A stretch of 64,000 bases of DNA from an uncultured cyanobacterium (GCA_963706595.1 OY970166.1:3904001-3968000); one strand, 5' to 3'; counted from the stretch's first letter, positions 30,234 to 41,579 are shown. Numbers and translations are program-made. Notes: generated by a model from the letters alone, not told the origin.

Positions 30234-31118
30234 ATGTATATGTTATCGAAACAAGAACGTAAAATAGATTTTCTAGGTAATATTCCTTTTCTATCAATTC
30301 ATATTGGTGGCTTATTGATTTTTTGGGTAGGTTTTAGTTGGACTGCCTTAGTTACTTGTTTGTTGCTATGGTTTGTGCGGATGTTTGGCATCACAGCTGG
30401 ATACCACCGTTACTTCTCACACCGTACTTATAAAACAACGCGTTTTTTTCAGTTTATTCTTGCCGTTTTAGGCAATGCTTCCGCGCAGTTAGGACCCTTA
30501 TGGTGGGCTGCACACCATCGTCATCATCACAACTATTCAGATAGAGAACAAGATATACATTCCCCCGTTGTTCATGGTGGCTGGTGGTCGCATATTGGTT
30601 GGGTGGTTTGTCCTGAATATTCTCAGACTGATGAAAGCAAGATCCGAGATTTTGCCAAATATCCAGAGTTGCAGTACTTAAACCGTTTCCACATGGTTGT
30701 GCCTATTGTGCTAGCAATTATTGTCACTGTCATCGGCATATTATTTCAGGTTTATCTTCCTCAGCTACAAACAAGTGGTTTGCAGATGCTTGTCTGGGGG
30801 TTTTGTTTAAGTACTGTCTTGGTTTATCACTCAACTTTCACAATTAATTCTCTCGCCCACATCTTTGGTTCTCGTCGTTTTGATACCTCAGATAATAGTC
30901 GCAATAATTTGTTTTTAGCTTTAATTACTTTAGGTGAAGGTTGGCATAATAATCATCATTATTATCCTGCATCAGAATGCCAAGGTTTCTATTGGTGGGA
31001 AATAGATATCACTCATTATATTCTCAAGCTGCTGTCATGGATGGGAATTGTTTGGAATTTAAGAACTCCTCCCCAAAACATTTACGACCAATCTCAGACT
31101 CTATCTACAAAGCACTAG
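30234..31118 (+). CDS. Delta-9 type fatty acid desaturase
   Basis: His boxes YHRYFSH, HHRHHH, WHNNHH. Confidence 0.92.
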   Translation: MYMLSKQERKIDFLGNIPFLSIHIGGLLIFWVGFSWTALVTCLLLWFVRMFGITAGYHRYFSHRTYKTTRFFQFILAVLGNASAQLGPLWWAAHHRHHHNYSDREQDIHSPVVHGGWWSHIGWVVCPEYSQTDESKIRDFAKYPELQYLNRFHMVVPIVLAIIVTVIGILFQVYLPQLQTSGLQMLVWGFCLSTVLVYHSTFTINSLAHIFGSRRFDTSDNSRNNLFLALITLGEGWHNNHHYYPASECQGFYWWEIDITHYILKLLSWMGIVWNLRTPPQNIYDQSQTLSTKH

Positions 31119-31119
31119 A

Positions 31120-31259
31120 GACTGTTTTCAAACTCTAGAAGTAGGTTGGGTTAAGCGCAGCGCAACCCAACAAAGCAAACCAAATATTGGGTAAAGTTGG
31201 GTTTCCCAAAACCTCAAACCAACCTACATTTACGTCTAATTTTGGGTTTAAAAACAGTC
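31120..31259. mobile_element. MITE-like shell enclosing a GTAGGTTGGGTT REP doublet (31141-31227)
   Basis: TIRs GACTGTTTTCAAAC / GTTTAAAAACAGTC (13/14 match); inner GTAGGTTGGGTT...AACCAACCTAC. Confidence 0.65.
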
Positions 31260-31398
31260 CCAAACACAAAGAGGCGTAGATCCCCGATTTGTTGAATAAG
31301 TCGGGGATCTTTTGATTTATAACTTCTATTGTGATTTTGGCTTTGAAATTGGGTAATTTATAAATATAGGCACTTTATATATATTTAGGGATAATTTC

Positions 31399-32973
31399 AT
31401 GGATATTTCTGAGTCTAAAATTACTTTAGAATCTTTAGCAGATCGGATTTCTAATTTAGAAGTTGAACAGGATCTCCGCCGCAGAAACATTGGTTGGTTA
31501 AAACAGTATTTTGATAAGTTGAAACAAGATTTTCAGGAAAGACCGGAAATACAGCAATTTGAATTGCTACAGCAAGAAGTTGCTCTTTTAAATACACAAT
31601 TTGCTGAGTTCAAACAATCTTTCAATGAATCACCAAATTTGCTTCCAGGTGTGGATAATGGTAACGCGTCAACTGCGGAAAATAATTTAGATGATGCGGA
31701 AGTTGTGAAGCAGTTTTTTCAGAGAGTGGAACAGCAAAAAAGTCAACCGAGTTTGGTCGTAGCAGTTCCTAATTCTGAAAATGGTGAAATTAATGTAAAT
31801 GAACCAGAATCTGAAATTGATGTTATTGAAACAGAGGAAGAAAATAATTCGGGTTACACTAATTTAGAATTTCAGCTAGAGAGAATAATCTGGTTAGTTA
31901 ACAGAATTTACACATCAGAATTGGAAAGCCAGGATATACCGATTAATGCGGCGAAATTGTGCTGGCATTATAAAGCTGGAGAACGAAATTTTAGCAATTG
32001 TAATTTAGCTGGAATCAATTTGAGTGGAAAAGATTTTAACCATATTAATTTAAGTCAAGCTAATTTAAAAGGTGCAAATTTTAGTGGTACTAGCATAATT
32101 TCAGGAAAGTTAAATGGTGCAAATCTTCAGGATGCAGATATGAGTAAAGCCTACTTATTTAATACAACATTGAGTCAAGCTAATTTTGATAACGCCAATC
32201 TGAATCAGATAAGGCTCAGTTCTATGAGTCTAGAAAACGTCACCCTGAAAAAAGCCAACCTCGTCGGAGCCGAGCTTAACAATACTAACTTGAGTGGAGC
32301 TAACTTAAGTGGAGCTAATTTAAGTAGTTTAAATTTGAGAGAAGGCAGTTTAAGCGGAGCTAACTTGAGTAATGCTAATCTGCAAAATGCTAACCTATTG
32401 GAAACAAACTTGGAAGGAGCAAATCTTCAGGGAGCGAATCTGGAAACAGCAATTTACAATGAAAAAACTATCTTTTCCAAAGGTTTTGTTCCTCCTACAG
32501 GGGCTTATTTAATCGCTCCAGGTGCGTGGTTGGAAAATGCTAAATTAGCGGGTGCTGATTTAAGTCAGGTTAATTTAACAGGAGCTAACCTACAATCTTC
32601 TAACCTCGATTCAGTAATATTACATGGTACAAATTTAAGTCAGGCTAATTTGAGTAATGCAAATTTAAGCAAAGCAAATTTGAGCGGTACAAAACTGATT
32701 CAGGCTAATATGACTGGAGCAAACTTGGATGAAGCGGATCTGTCTGATGCTAATCTAACTGCTGCTATGCTCACTAATGCAACACTAATGCTGTCAAACT
32801 TAAGTGGAAGTAACCTAAATGCGGCGGTATTAAGTGGGGCTAATTTGACAAACGCAAGATTATCTAACGTAAACTGTAGCGGTGCTGATTTCACTGGAGT
32901 AAATTTAGTTGGTGCGACTCTTCAGGGTAACTTTAGTAGTGCAAATTTAACCAATGCAAACCTCTGTGGTTAG
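31399..32973 (+). CDS. Pentapeptide repeat protein with N-terminal coiled-coil/acidic region
   Basis: YKAGERNF cap followed by long A(N/D)Lxx repeats. Confidence 0.9.
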   Translation: MDISESKITLESLADRISNLEVEQDLRRRNIGWLKQYFDKLKQDFQERPEIQQFELLQQEVALLNTQFAEFKQSFNESPNLLPGVDNGNASTAENNLDDAEVVKQFFQRVEQQKSQPSLVVAVPNSENGEINVNEPESEIDVIETEEENNSGYTNLEFQLERIIWLVNRIYTSELESQDIPINAAKLCWHYKAGERNFSNCNLAGINLSGKDFNHINLSQANLKGANFSGTSIISGKLNGANLQDADMSKAYLFNTTLSQANFDNANLNQIRLSSMSLENVTLKKANLVGAELNNTNLSGANLSGANLSSLNLREGSLSGANLSNANLQNANLLETNLEGANLQGANLETAIYNEKTIFSKGFVPPTGAYLIAPGAWLENAKLAGADLSQVNLTGANLQSSNLDSVILHGTNLSQANLSNANLSKANLSGTKLIQANMTGANLDEADLSDANLTAAMLTNATLMLSNLSGSNLNAAVLSGANLTNARLSNVNCSGADFTGVNLVGATLQGNFSSANLTNANLCG

Positions 32974-33008
32974 TTAAAAAAGCCATCGCCTGACTTTCCT
33001 TAATTAAC

Positions 33009-36000
33009 TTACTGTGTTAGAGGAATTTCTAGCCACAACTCACAACCCTTAGCAGATTCAGAAACACACTCGATTTTACCACCGTGTTTTTCCACAATAA
33101 TTTGATAGCTAATAGATAGCCCCAAACCAGTACCTTTGCCAGGTTCTTTGGTAGTAAAGAAAGGTTCAAAAATGCGCGATCGCATATTCTCAGGAACGCC
33201 ACAACCATTGTCACAAATACCAATTAAAATTCTATTTTGGGATATGACTTTCGTAGAAATAGAAATTAGAGGCTTTGCAGTTATTGTACCATCTGCTACT
33301 GACTGTTCCAAAGCATCGATAGCATTATTAATGATATTCATAAATACCTGATTCATTTGGGCTGCATAACACAAAACGGGAGGTAAGTCACCATATTGTT
33401 TCACTACCTCAACAGCAAAAGAATTACCCGGTGGTTGCAGGCGATGTTTTAAAATTAAGAGCGTGCTATCAATGCCTTCATGAATATCAACAGGCTTCAT
33501 TTCTGATTCGTCAAGGCGAGAAAAACTCCGCAAAGACAAAACTAATTGAGAGATTCGATCTGCTCCCATGCTCATCGAAGTAATAATTTTTGGCAAGTCA
33601 TCAGCAATAAAATCTAAATCTACTTCTGCCGTTTGTTCTGCGATTTTGCCTATTGCTTGAGGATAATCTCGCTCGTAAAGACGCAGTAATTTAAATAAAT
33701 TTTCGGTATGTTCTTTCACATAAGTGATGTTACCATAAATGAAGGTAATAGGGTTATTAATTTCATGTGCTATGCCAGCTACTAACTGCCCTAATCCTGC
33801 CATTTTTTCACTTTGGATTAACTGGCTTTGAGCTTGTTTCAATTCTATGAGAGTCTCTGCAAGTGCTTCTTTTTGCCTTTGCGTCTGTTCTAGTAATTCT
33901 GCTTGCTGAATTCCTACGCCTAATTGACTGCCAATCTGTACTAGCAAATCTATCTCATTCTCTTGCCAGTCACGAGGTTTGACATTGTGATACGCTGCTA
34001 ACAATCCCCATAATTTCTCGCCTTGAAAAATTGGCACCATCATCAATGCTCTGGCTAGAATTGGCGTAGTTATGGGAATATTAGTGCCAGTATTATTGAT
34101 ATGATAAATATCTGGAATCACCATAATTTTACCATTAGCAAAGTCTGCTCCTTGGGTTGATTGCAAATAGTCATCTGCAATCATCGGCAAAAGTTCTTGC
34201 ACTGGTGTCAAACTTGGGGCTAATGATTCAGCTACGAATTCGCCACTCCAATCTGGATTGAAGCGATAAATTGTGACTCGATCAACTTCTAATAGCCTTT
34301 GGACTTCTTGAGTTGTAGCTTTAAATATAGTGTCAATATCCAACGATTGACGAATTTTTTCCACGGTTGCAGCTAAAGTTTTTTCTCTTTGTGCTGCTTT
34401 GCGTTCTCGTTTAGCAGCTTTAGCTAGTTTTTCAGCTTGCATTTGCACTTGCTGTAAAGATTCTGCTTGTCGCAATGCTACCCCCAGTTGTACACCAACC
34501 TGTGCCAGCAAATTGATTTCTTCATCTTGCCAATAACGAGGCTGGGAGTTCTGATAAGCTACTAATAATCCCCATAGTTTCTCGCCTTGCGAAATTGGCA
34601 CAAAAATTTCATTTCGTGCGTACTTATTCCCTTGTTTACCTGGGGAAAAAGTTCGTTCTGTGACTAACTGAGGCTTGACTATTGGTGTCCAGCCATCAAC
34701 TATAGAATCGGCTACAAATTCGCCACTCCAGTCAGGGTAAAAGCGATAAATCGCTACTCGTTCTACTTCTAATAACCGCAGCACTTCTTGAGTAGTGGTT
34801 TTAAAGATGGTGTCAATATCCAGAGATTGGCGAATTTTTTCGACAGTGTTCGCCAGTGCCTTTTGCCTTTCCGCAGCTTTACCGATTTCTGCGGCTTGGG
34901 TTTGTAGTTGTCGCAAAAATTCTGCTTGCTGCAAAGCTACACCTAATTGAGTGCCTACTTGAGTGAGCAAATAGACTTCATCTTCTTGCCAATAACGAGG
35001 CTGGGAGTTTTGGTATACTGCTAACAAGCCCCAGAGTTTTTGACCGTGGTAAATAGCCATGATCACGTAAGCTTTTGCTTGATAGCTTTCTAAAACTTGA
35101 AGGTAGCAATCACTAAAACCTGCATTGTAAATATCATTACAAATGCGATAAACTTCACCTCTAGCAAAGTTACCACCTGCTGTATCTTGTAAGTAAGTAT
35201 CTACTTCTGGAATTTTAGTTAAATCTTTGACGCTACATTCACTAACATTTTCACGTAATTTGGGTTGTTTTAATTGCTCATCTATGAGGGAAGACCAACC
35301 CTCGGCCACAGATTCAAAGGCAAATTCACCACTCCAATCTGGATTAAAACGATAGATAGATACACGGTCAGCATTCAACAACTTTCGCAGTTCGGCTGTA
35401 CTTGTGTGGAAAATAATTTCTATGTCAAGAGTTTGACGAATTTTTTCTATGGTGATGGCGATATTTTTTTGCCATTCTGCTGCTTTTTCTCTGGCTTTCG
35501 CTTCTGCTAGTTCTGCCGATTGGATTTTTGCCTGTTCTAAGTAATCTGCTTGCTGCAAAGCTACACCCAGATGTTCAGCGATCAGTTGCACAAACTCAAT
35601 TTCCGGTGTGGTCCATTGCCGAGGTCCTGTACACTGATGAATACATAATAATCCCCATAAATCTTTGCCCTTCATTAAAGGACAAGCTATGTTAGCACGT
35701 ACTTGGAAGGCTTCTAGCATCTGGATATGGCAATCGCTGATCCCTGTTTCATAAATATCAGCGATGAAATTAGTTCGACCTTCCTGATATAGTCCAGCAA
35801 ACTCCGCAGCAAAGCAGTGGTCGCGCAGTTTAACCGTTAATGCTGAATTCCATTCTTCTGCCACATCCTCATAGATAAATTCCCCTTCCCATGCCAATTC
35901 AGGATAAAAACGAAATACCCCTACCCGGTCAGTGTTTATCAGATGGCGTACTTCAGTGACTGTGGTTTTAAAAATGGTGTCTATATCCAGAGACTCACGA

Positions 36001-36059
36001 ATGCGGGAAATTACTCCAGATAGGGCTTTCTGCTGGTCGCTGTGAGATAGAGGGAGCAT
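33009..36059 (-). CDS. Multi-GAF cyanobacteriochrome sensor histidine kinase
   Basis: Four GAF repeats ([11 protein letters not shown]...YRFxPDWSGEF); bilin Cys motifs DHCF/SDCH and ECS/SDCY; HisKA AHEINNP, HATPase GTGLGL. Confidence 0.9.
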   Translation of the reverse strand: MLPLSHSDQQKALSGVISRIRESLDIDTIFKTTVTEVRHLINTDRVGVFRFYPELAWEGEFIYEDVAEEWNSALTVKLRDHCFAAEFAGLYQEGRTNFIADIYETGISDCHIQMLEAFQVRANIACPLMKGKDLWGLLCIHQCTGPRQWTTPEIEFVQLIAEHLGVALQQADYLEQAKIQSAELAEAKAREKAAEWQKNIAITIEKIRQTLDIEIIFHTSTAELRKLLNADRVSIYRFNPDWSGEFAFESVAEGWSSLIDEQLKQPKLRENVSECSVKDLTKIPEVDTYLQDTAGGNFARGEVYRICNDIYNAGFSDCYLQVLESYQAKAYVIMAIYHGQKLWGLLAVYQNSQPRYWQEDEVYLLTQVGTQLGVALQQAEFLRQLQTQAAEIGKAAERQKALANTVEKIRQSLDIDTIFKTTTQEVLRLLEVERVAIYRFYPDWSGEFVADSIVDGWTPIVKPQLVTERTFSPGKQGNKYARNEIFVPISQGEKLWGLLVAYQNSQPRYWQDEEINLLAQVGVQLGVALRQAESLQQVQMQAEKLAKAAKRERKAAQREKTLAATVEKIRQSLDIDTIFKATTQEVQRLLEVDRVTIYRFNPDWSGEFVAESLAPSLTPVQELLPMIADDYLQSTQGADFANGKIMVIPDIYHINNTGTNIPITTPILARALMMVPIFQGEKLWGLLAAYHNVKPRDWQENEIDLLVQIGSQLGVGIQQAELLEQTQRQKEALAETLIELKQAQSQLIQSEKMAGLGQLVAGIAHEINNPITFIYGNITYVKEHTENLFKLLRLYERDYPQAIGKIAEQTAEVDLDFIADDLPKIITSMSMGADRISQLVLSLRSFSRLDESEMKPVDIHEGIDSTLLILKHRLQPPGNSFAVEVVKQYGDLPPVLCYAAQMNQVFMNIINNAIDALEQSVADGTITAKPLISISTKVISQNRILIGICDNGCGVPENMRSRIFEPFFTTKEPGKGTGLGLSISYQIIVEKHGGKIECVSESAKGCELWLEIPLTQ

Positions 36060-36232
36060 GGTATGAGACTTGTTTGGTTATTGTCCTGAATTCGGTCTTA
36101 TTGCTGGTATGTAACCAGGGTTTTCTAGACTCGGTGTAATTTTAAATATTCAATGAAAGCTTTTGATCATATTTGAAAATTCTCCTAGTAACTAATAAGT
36201 TAACATAAAATAATACTTTTTATACATAAAAA

Positions 36233-36260
36233 TAGGGACATGACTATATCGTGTCCCTAC
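36233..36260 (-). repeat. REP, GTAGGGAC class
   Basis: Minus strand GTAGGGACACGATATAGTCATGTCCCTA. Confidence 0.7.
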
Positions 36261-36284
36261 AAAAAATTTTCACCTGTGAGTGAA

Positions 36285-36446
36285 TTATCGCCGTTTGGGA
36301 GAACTGCGTCGAATTTCGCGTTTTTCGTCTTCTCGGCGACGGCGATCGCGCCAATCTGCTAAGGTTAAGTAACCAACGCCACCAGTAACCGCTACGAGCA
36401 GTAATAAGGCTAATAAAGCCAAAATATTCAGGAATGGATTTTCCAC
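36285..36446 (-). CDS. 53-aa single-TM microprotein downstream of petN (absent from ORF track)
   Basis: GTG start 7 nt after petN stop; MENPFLNILALLALLLLVAVTGGVGYLTLADWRDRRRREDEKREIRRSSPKRR. Confidence 0.75.
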   Translation of the reverse strand: MENPFLNILALLALLLLVAVTGGVGYLTLADWRDRRRREDEKREIRRSSPKRR

Positions 36447-36453
36447 GCTTCCC

Positions 36454-36543
36454 CTATAATCCGTTACGTCCCCAAACTACCATTGCAATCGACCAAGTAA
36501 ACACAGCCAAGAGTGATACCCAACCCAGTGTCAAAGTTGCCAT
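36454..36543 (-). CDS. petN: Cytochrome b6f subunit VIII (absent from ORF track)
   Basis: [29 protein letters not shown]. Confidence 0.97.
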   Translation of the reverse strand: MATLTLGWVSLLAVFTWSIAMVVWGRNGL

Positions 36544-36635
36544 AGTCTTACTTTCTAAATAATTACAAAACGTCTCTAATATTTATCATAATGGGAAAGG
36601 GCTGTTGATTCTGCAACCGTGTGGTTGAGGACCAT

Positions 36636-36666
36636 GGTGGGTGACGCGATCGCTAACCCAGCCTAC
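36636..36666 (-). repeat. REP with HIP1 in loop
   Basis: Minus strand GTAGGCTGGGTTAGCGATCGCGTCACCCACC. Confidence 0.6.
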
Positions 36667-36748
36667 TGGTATGAGAAGGGTGATTTTGGGTATAAACTAA
36701 CGATTGTATAGTATTACCCATAGATTCAAGGTGAACGAAACTTCAGAT

Positions 36749-37189
36749 ATGCAATTGATGGCGGAACGCCTAGAATCTCTCAAGGCTGGTGTAATTGGGG
36801 GTTTGTCTTTGTGTCTGGCTTTCCTGATTACCAATCTGGTGAATATTCTGGTGTTAGCAAGGTATTTTCCTCCACTTGCAAGTCTGCAAACAGAGATTAA
36901 TTGGCATTGGTGGCTGAGTGGGGGAATTGCGGGTTTCTCTGGCTTGTTATTTGGTGTCACCTATCGTTATATCATCCGCACAGATGAAAATCCTCAACTC
37001 AAATCGGGTGGTGTATTGGCTTTCGGTTTAGTGCGAGGTTTAACCCAGATAGATTGTACTCAGGCAATGTTACCTGATTTTATCCTAGCCGGGGAAAGTG
37101 TGTTGTGGTTTGCAATGGGGGCGATCGCTCTCGATACCGCTCTTCAAATCGGCTGGATCAAACCTTTTACATCTCAAAACTCAAGTTGA
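36749..37189 (+). CDS. Conserved hypothetical membrane protein
   Basis: ERLESLKAG, LFGVTYRYIIR, AFGLVRGL; several TM segments. Confidence 0.75.
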   Translation: MQLMAERLESLKAGVIGGLSLCLAFLITNLVNILVLARYFPPLASLQTEINWHWWLSGGIAGFSGLLFGVTYRYIIRTDENPQLKSGGVLAFGLVRGLTQIDCTQAMLPDFILAGESVLWFAMGAIALDTALQIGWIKPFTSQNSS

Positions 37190-37263
37190 GTCAAGGGAGT
37201 GATGAAGCTGGCAAAAATTAAAAGATACACTGAAATAATAACAATTTCAGGAGCAAACACCTC

Positions 37264-38646
37264 ATGCCAGCACCTAATCGTCTGAAAACCCCTGCTTTTC
37301 TCCAGCAGTTACAGTGGGTAGCCGACCCTGTAGGATACATGGAAAAAGCAGCCCAACAATATCCTGACATTTTCACGGCTCACGTTGTTGGTTTTGGTAA
37401 TGACTTGGTATTTGTCAACCATCCCCAAGCGTTACAAGAAATTTTAACTAATGACCGCAAGAAGTTTTTCGCTGGTGGTAAAGAAAATAAAATTTTGCAA
37501 CCGTTATTAGGTGATTATTCGATGATTATGCTGGATGGCGATCGCCATCGAAAACGGCGACAATTGGTAATGCCATCTTTTCATGGCGATCGGATGCGGA
37601 ATTATGGTGAAATCATTAGTAATATTACTGCACAAGTCTGGAGTCAGTTACCGACAGATAAATCTTTTACGGCTCGTAATGTTACCCAAGATATCACCTT
37701 ACAAGTCATGTTACAGGCAGTGTTCGGTGTATATCAAGGAGAACGCAGCCAACAATTAAAGAAACAACTAGAGGGAATGGCGAATATATTTCGCTCACCT
37801 CTGAGTTCTAGTATGCTCTTTTTTTCGTCTCTCCAAAAGGATTTAGGCGCTTGGAGTCCCTGGGGTAAGTTTGTCAGGGATAGACAGGAACTGGATCGTT
37901 TAATTTACGCTGAAATTGCTGAACGCCGCCAGCAGAAACTGGAAAATCGGATTGATATCCTTTCCTTGCTGATGTCAGCAGAAGATGAAGCAGGTAATCC
38001 CATGACAGATCAGGAATTACGCGATGAGTTGATGACTTTGTTGTTTGCGGGATATGAAACTACAGCTACAGCAATGGCTTGGGGATTATATCTGATTCAA
38101 AAACACCCAGAAGTCCGAGAAAAACTGCTGCAAGAACTGGATACTCTGGAGGATTCACAAGATCCCATGGGCATTTTCCGTTTGCCTTATTTAACGGCTG
38201 TTTGTAATGAAATCTTACGGATTCATCCCGTGGCGATGTTGACGTTTCCCAGAATAGTAAAAGAACCTGTGGAAATTTTGGGTTATTCTCTAGACACTGG
38301 TACGGTATTAGTTGGCTCTATGTATCTGATTCACCAGCGTGAAGATTTATATCCAGAACCCAAGCAATTCAGACCAGAGCGTTTTTTAGAACGTCAATTT
38401 TCGCCTTATGAATTTATCCCCTTTGGTGGCGGTGTGCGGCGCTGTGTGGGCGAAGCTTTGGCGGTGTTTGAACTCAAGCTGGTTTTGGCAAAAATCCTCT
38501 CAAGCTATGAACTCGCATTGGTTGATGATCAACCAGAAGTACCCCGTCGTCGAGGTGTTACCCTTGCGCCTGGCCGTGGCGTGAATATGATGATTACAGG
38601 GAAGCGATCGCGTCAAGAATCTTCACTGAGTATGGCAACAAATTAG
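37264..38646 (+). CDS. Cytochrome P450 (CYP110-like)
   Basis: AGYETT, EILR, FRPERF, PFGGGVRRCVG. Confidence 0.95.
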   Translation: MPAPNRLKTPAFLQQLQWVADPVGYMEKAAQQYPDIFTAHVVGFGNDLVFVNHPQALQEILTNDRKKFFAGGKENKILQPLLGDYSMIMLDGDRHRKRRQLVMPSFHGDRMRNYGEIISNITAQVWSQLPTDKSFTARNVTQDITLQVMLQAVFGVYQGERSQQLKKQLEGMANIFRSPLSSSMLFFSSLQKDLGAWSPWGKFVRDRQELDRLIYAEIAERRQQKLENRIDILSLLMSAEDEAGNPMTDQELRDELMTLLFAGYETTATAMAWGLYLIQKHPEVREKLLQELDTLEDSQDPMGIFRLPYLTAVCNEILRIHPVAMLTFPRIVKEPVEILGYSLDTGTVLVGSMYLIHQREDLYPEPKQFRPERFLERQFSPYEFIPFGGGVRRCVGEALAVFELKLVLAKILSSYELALVDDQPEVPRRRGVTLAPGRGVNMMITGKRSRQESSLSMATN

Positions 38647-38704
38647 ACTCAGAAAAGGTGATAGGATTTTGACTGTATTATTTTTATCCAACATCTAATT
38701 TTTT

Positions 38705-39877
38705 ATGGACTCCCTAACCTCCCGTATGCAGGCGGTACAGTCGCCAATCATTCCTGTGGTTGGGGAATTAATTCAAAATTCTCCCGGCACTATTTCTTTG
38801 GGACAGGGTGTAGTTTCATACAATCCACCGCCAGAAGCCATTGAGCTTCTACCGCAATTCTTAGCGGAATCTTCTAATAATTTATACAAAGCTGTTGAGG
38901 GAATTCCGCCATTATTAGCAGCGTTGGCGGTCAAGTTACAAACCTTCAATGGGATTGCAATTAATCAAGATAACTGCATTGTGGTGACTGCGGGAAGCAA
39001 TATGGCGTTTATGAATGCTATTTTGGCGATTACTTCCCCAGGTGACGAAATTATCCTGAATACGCCTTATTATTTCAATCATGAAATGGCGATCGCAATG
39101 GCTGGTTGTCGTGCCGTATTGGTAGCAACAGATGCAAATTATCAACTACGTCCAGAGGCGATCGCCCAAGCAATAACCGCCAAAACACGGGCTATAGTCA
39201 CAATATCCCCCAATAATCCCACCGGAGTTATTTATACAGAAGCCGCATTACAACAGGTAAATCAAATCTGTGGAACTCATGGCATTTACCACATTAGCGA
39301 TGAAGCCTATGAATATTTTACCTACGACGGAGTAAAACACATTTCGCCTGGGGCATTCAGTGGTAGTAGAGAGTACACCATTTCCCTGTATAGCCTTTCC
39401 AAAGCTTATGGTTTTGCCAGTTGGCGGATTGGTTATATGGTGATTCCGCAACACTTGTTTGTCTCCGTCAAAAAAATTCAAGATACGATTTTGATTTGTC
39501 CGCCCGTTATCTCTCAGTATGCAGCGTTAGGAGCATTACAAGCTAAAGCAGAGTATTTACAGAAAAATATTGGTGCAATTGCCCAAGTCCGAGAAATAGT
39601 CATCGATGCCCTCAAACCCTTAGAAGGTTTATGTAGCATAGCCCCTGCCAATGGTGCATTTTACTTTTTTCTAAAAGTTCATACTCAAATAGATGCGTTA
39701 GAATTAGTTAAAAGCTTAATTCAAGAACATCAAGTAGCAGTGATTCCCGGTACAACATTCGGGATGAAAGAAGGATGCTATCTGCGGGTTGCTTACGGTG
39801 CGCTGCAAAAAGATACCGCCAAAGCAGGTATAGAAAGATTAGTCCAAGGCTTACACAGGATAGTGATTAGTGGTTGA
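38705..39877 (+). CDS. PLP-dependent aminotransferase class I/II
   Basis: SPNNPTG, SDEAY, SLSKAYGFASWRIG. Confidence 0.93.
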   Translation: MDSLTSRMQAVQSPIIPVVGELIQNSPGTISLGQGVVSYNPPPEAIELLPQFLAESSNNLYKAVEGIPPLLAALAVKLQTFNGIAINQDNCIVVTAGSNMAFMNAILAITSPGDEIILNTPYYFNHEMAIAMAGCRAVLVATDANYQLRPEAIAQAITAKTRAIVTISPNNPTGVIYTEAALQQVNQICGTHGIYHISDEAYEYFTYDGVKHISPGAFSGSREYTISLYSLSKAYGFASWRIGYMVIPQHLFVSVKKIQDTILICPPVISQYAALGALQAKAEYLQKNIGAIAQVREIVIDALKPLEGLCSIAPANGAFYFFLKVHTQIDALELVKSLIQEHQVAVIPGTTFGMKEGCYLRVAYGALQKDTAKAGIERLVQGLHRIVISG

Positions 39878-39982
39878 GTGGATTAATTATCTGAATTCCG
39901 CCTCCCTAAATTACCAAATATTAGTGTTAATCTTCCCACGAAAAAACCTCCATAAGAGTCACCTTACAGAGGTTTTTGTCTA

Positions 39983-40053
39983 AGCGGGCGGCGGGAATCG
40001 AACCCGCATTATTAGCTTGGAAGGCTAAAGTTTTACCACTAAACTACGCCCGC
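39983..40053 (-). tRNA. tRNA-Gly(TCC)
   Basis: GCGGGCGTAGTTTAGTGGTAAAAC-TTAGC-CTTCCAA-GCTAA-...GGTTCGATTCCCGCCGCCCGCT; hairpin terminator at ~39941-39977. Confidence 0.97.
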
Positions 40054-40224
40054 GAAATCAGAAAATATTTAATTAGCTAAATGTCCTAATATACAAACTT
40101 TACATAAAATGGATATATGTTTTAGCTTGCACACAGACATAAGTCAGTATAGCATACAATAATTTTATTGCACAAGATAATTTTCCAACTATTTTAAGAC
40201 CAGCATTTTTGGTAATATTGAAAA

Positions 40225-41553
40225 ATGACCAAGAAATCTGATGCTGACGGGAAGTCAGTTGATTCTCAGCAATTTACCGAGCCGACTGATGGCACACCTA
40301 AGTCGGGAGATAGCGCTTGGTCAAACCGTATTACTAATATCTGGAATAAAACTAGAAACCGCTTGGGGAATCTCGTACCTGTAGAGCAAGTAACACAGAC
40401 TATAGTTCAATGGTTTAGCGTGAGTGAAACTGAGGTAGCAGAGATTTTGGCGACAGTTCGAGCCGAACTCCCAACCACAGAGGCTTTGCTGATTGGTAAA
40501 CCCCAAGCTGGCAAAAGTTCCATTGTCCGGGGCTTAACAGGAGTATCTGCGGAAATTGTGGGTCAGGGATTTCGCCCCCACACTCAACATACCCAGCGTT
40601 ACGCCTATCCATCTCATGAATTACCGTTGCTGATTTTCACAGATACGGTGGGACTAGGAGACGTGAATCAGGAGACTCAAGCGGTAATTCAGGATTTGGT
40701 TAATGATTTACAAGAATCCACCCGTCGGGCTAGAGTCCTGATTTTGACAGTCAAAATCAATGATTTCGCCACCGAGACACTGCGACAAATTGCGGAAAAA
40801 CTCCGTCAGCAGTACCCAGAGATTCCCTGTCTATTGGCTGTTACCTGTTTACATGAAGTTTATCCCCCCAGTACAGCTGACCATCCTGATTATCCACCAG
40901 ACTATGAGGAAGTCAACCGCGCCTTTACAGCCATTGAGGAAGCTTTTACAGGATTATACGATCGCTCTGTCCTGATTGACTTCACTTTAGAAGAAGATGA
41001 GTATAATCCTGTGTTTTATGGATTAGAAGTATTACGGGATTCCTTAGCGGAAATACTTCCAGAAGCAGAAGCCCGTGCAATTTATCAGTTATTAGACGAT
41101 GCAGCTGGTAAGCAACTGGGCGATATTTACCGAGATGCTGGTCGGCGTTACATTTTACCATTTTCGATTATGGCAGCGGCTTTGGCGGCTGTGCCATTAC
41201 CATTCGCTACTATGCCAGTTTTAACTTCTTTACAAGTCTCAATGGTGGGTCTGCTAGGTAAATTATATGGGCAAACGGTAACACCATCACAGGCAGGAGG
41301 TGTTGTCAGTGCGATCGCAGGCGGTTTTTTAGCCCAAGCTGTTGCACGAGAGTTAATCAAATTTGTGCCTGGTTTCGGTAGCGTCATCGCTGCTTCTTGG
41401 GCTGCTGCTTACACTTGGGCGCTGGGAGAAGGTGCTTGTGTTTATTTTGGTGACTTAATGGGTGGTAAAAAACCCGATCCTCAAAAAATCCAGGCGGTGA
41501 TGAAAGAAGCTTTTCAGAAAGCACAGGAAATGTTTAAAGGTATCAAAACTTGA
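40225..41553 (+). CDS. GTPase with C-terminal DUF697/YcjF-like domain
   Basis: GKPQAGKSS, DTVG; AAVPLPFA, LIKFVPGFGS. Confidence 0.8.
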   Translation: MTKKSDADGKSVDSQQFTEPTDGTPKSGDSAWSNRITNIWNKTRNRLGNLVPVEQVTQTIVQWFSVSETEVAEILATVRAELPTTEALLIGKPQAGKSSIVRGLTGVSAEIVGQGFRPHTQHTQRYAYPSHELPLLIFTDTVGLGDVNQETQAVIQDLVNDLQESTRRARVLILTVKINDFATETLRQIAEKLRQQYPEIPCLLAVTCLHEVYPPSTADHPDYPPDYEEVNRAFTAIEEAFTGLYDRSVLIDFTLEEDEYNPVFYGLEVLRDSLAEILPEAEARAIYQLLDDAAGKQLGDIYRDAGRRYILPFSIMAAALAAVPLPFATMPVLTSLQVSMVGLLGKLYGQTVTPSQAGGVVSAIAGGFLAQAVARELIKFVPGFGSVIAASWAAAYTWALGEGACVYFGDLMGGKKPDPQKIQAVMKEAFQKAQEMFKGIKT

Positions 41554-41579
41554 AAATCATTGGACAAACTCAATAGGAA

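Noticed and set aside
31950..32973. Internal DNA repeats as a mobile or diversity-generating signal
   Set aside because: Explained by pentapeptide repeat coding; no reverse transcriptase or TR/VR pair seen
39878..40224. Integrative element at tRNA-Gly
   Set aside because: No integrase and no duplicated tRNA 3' end seen in the window
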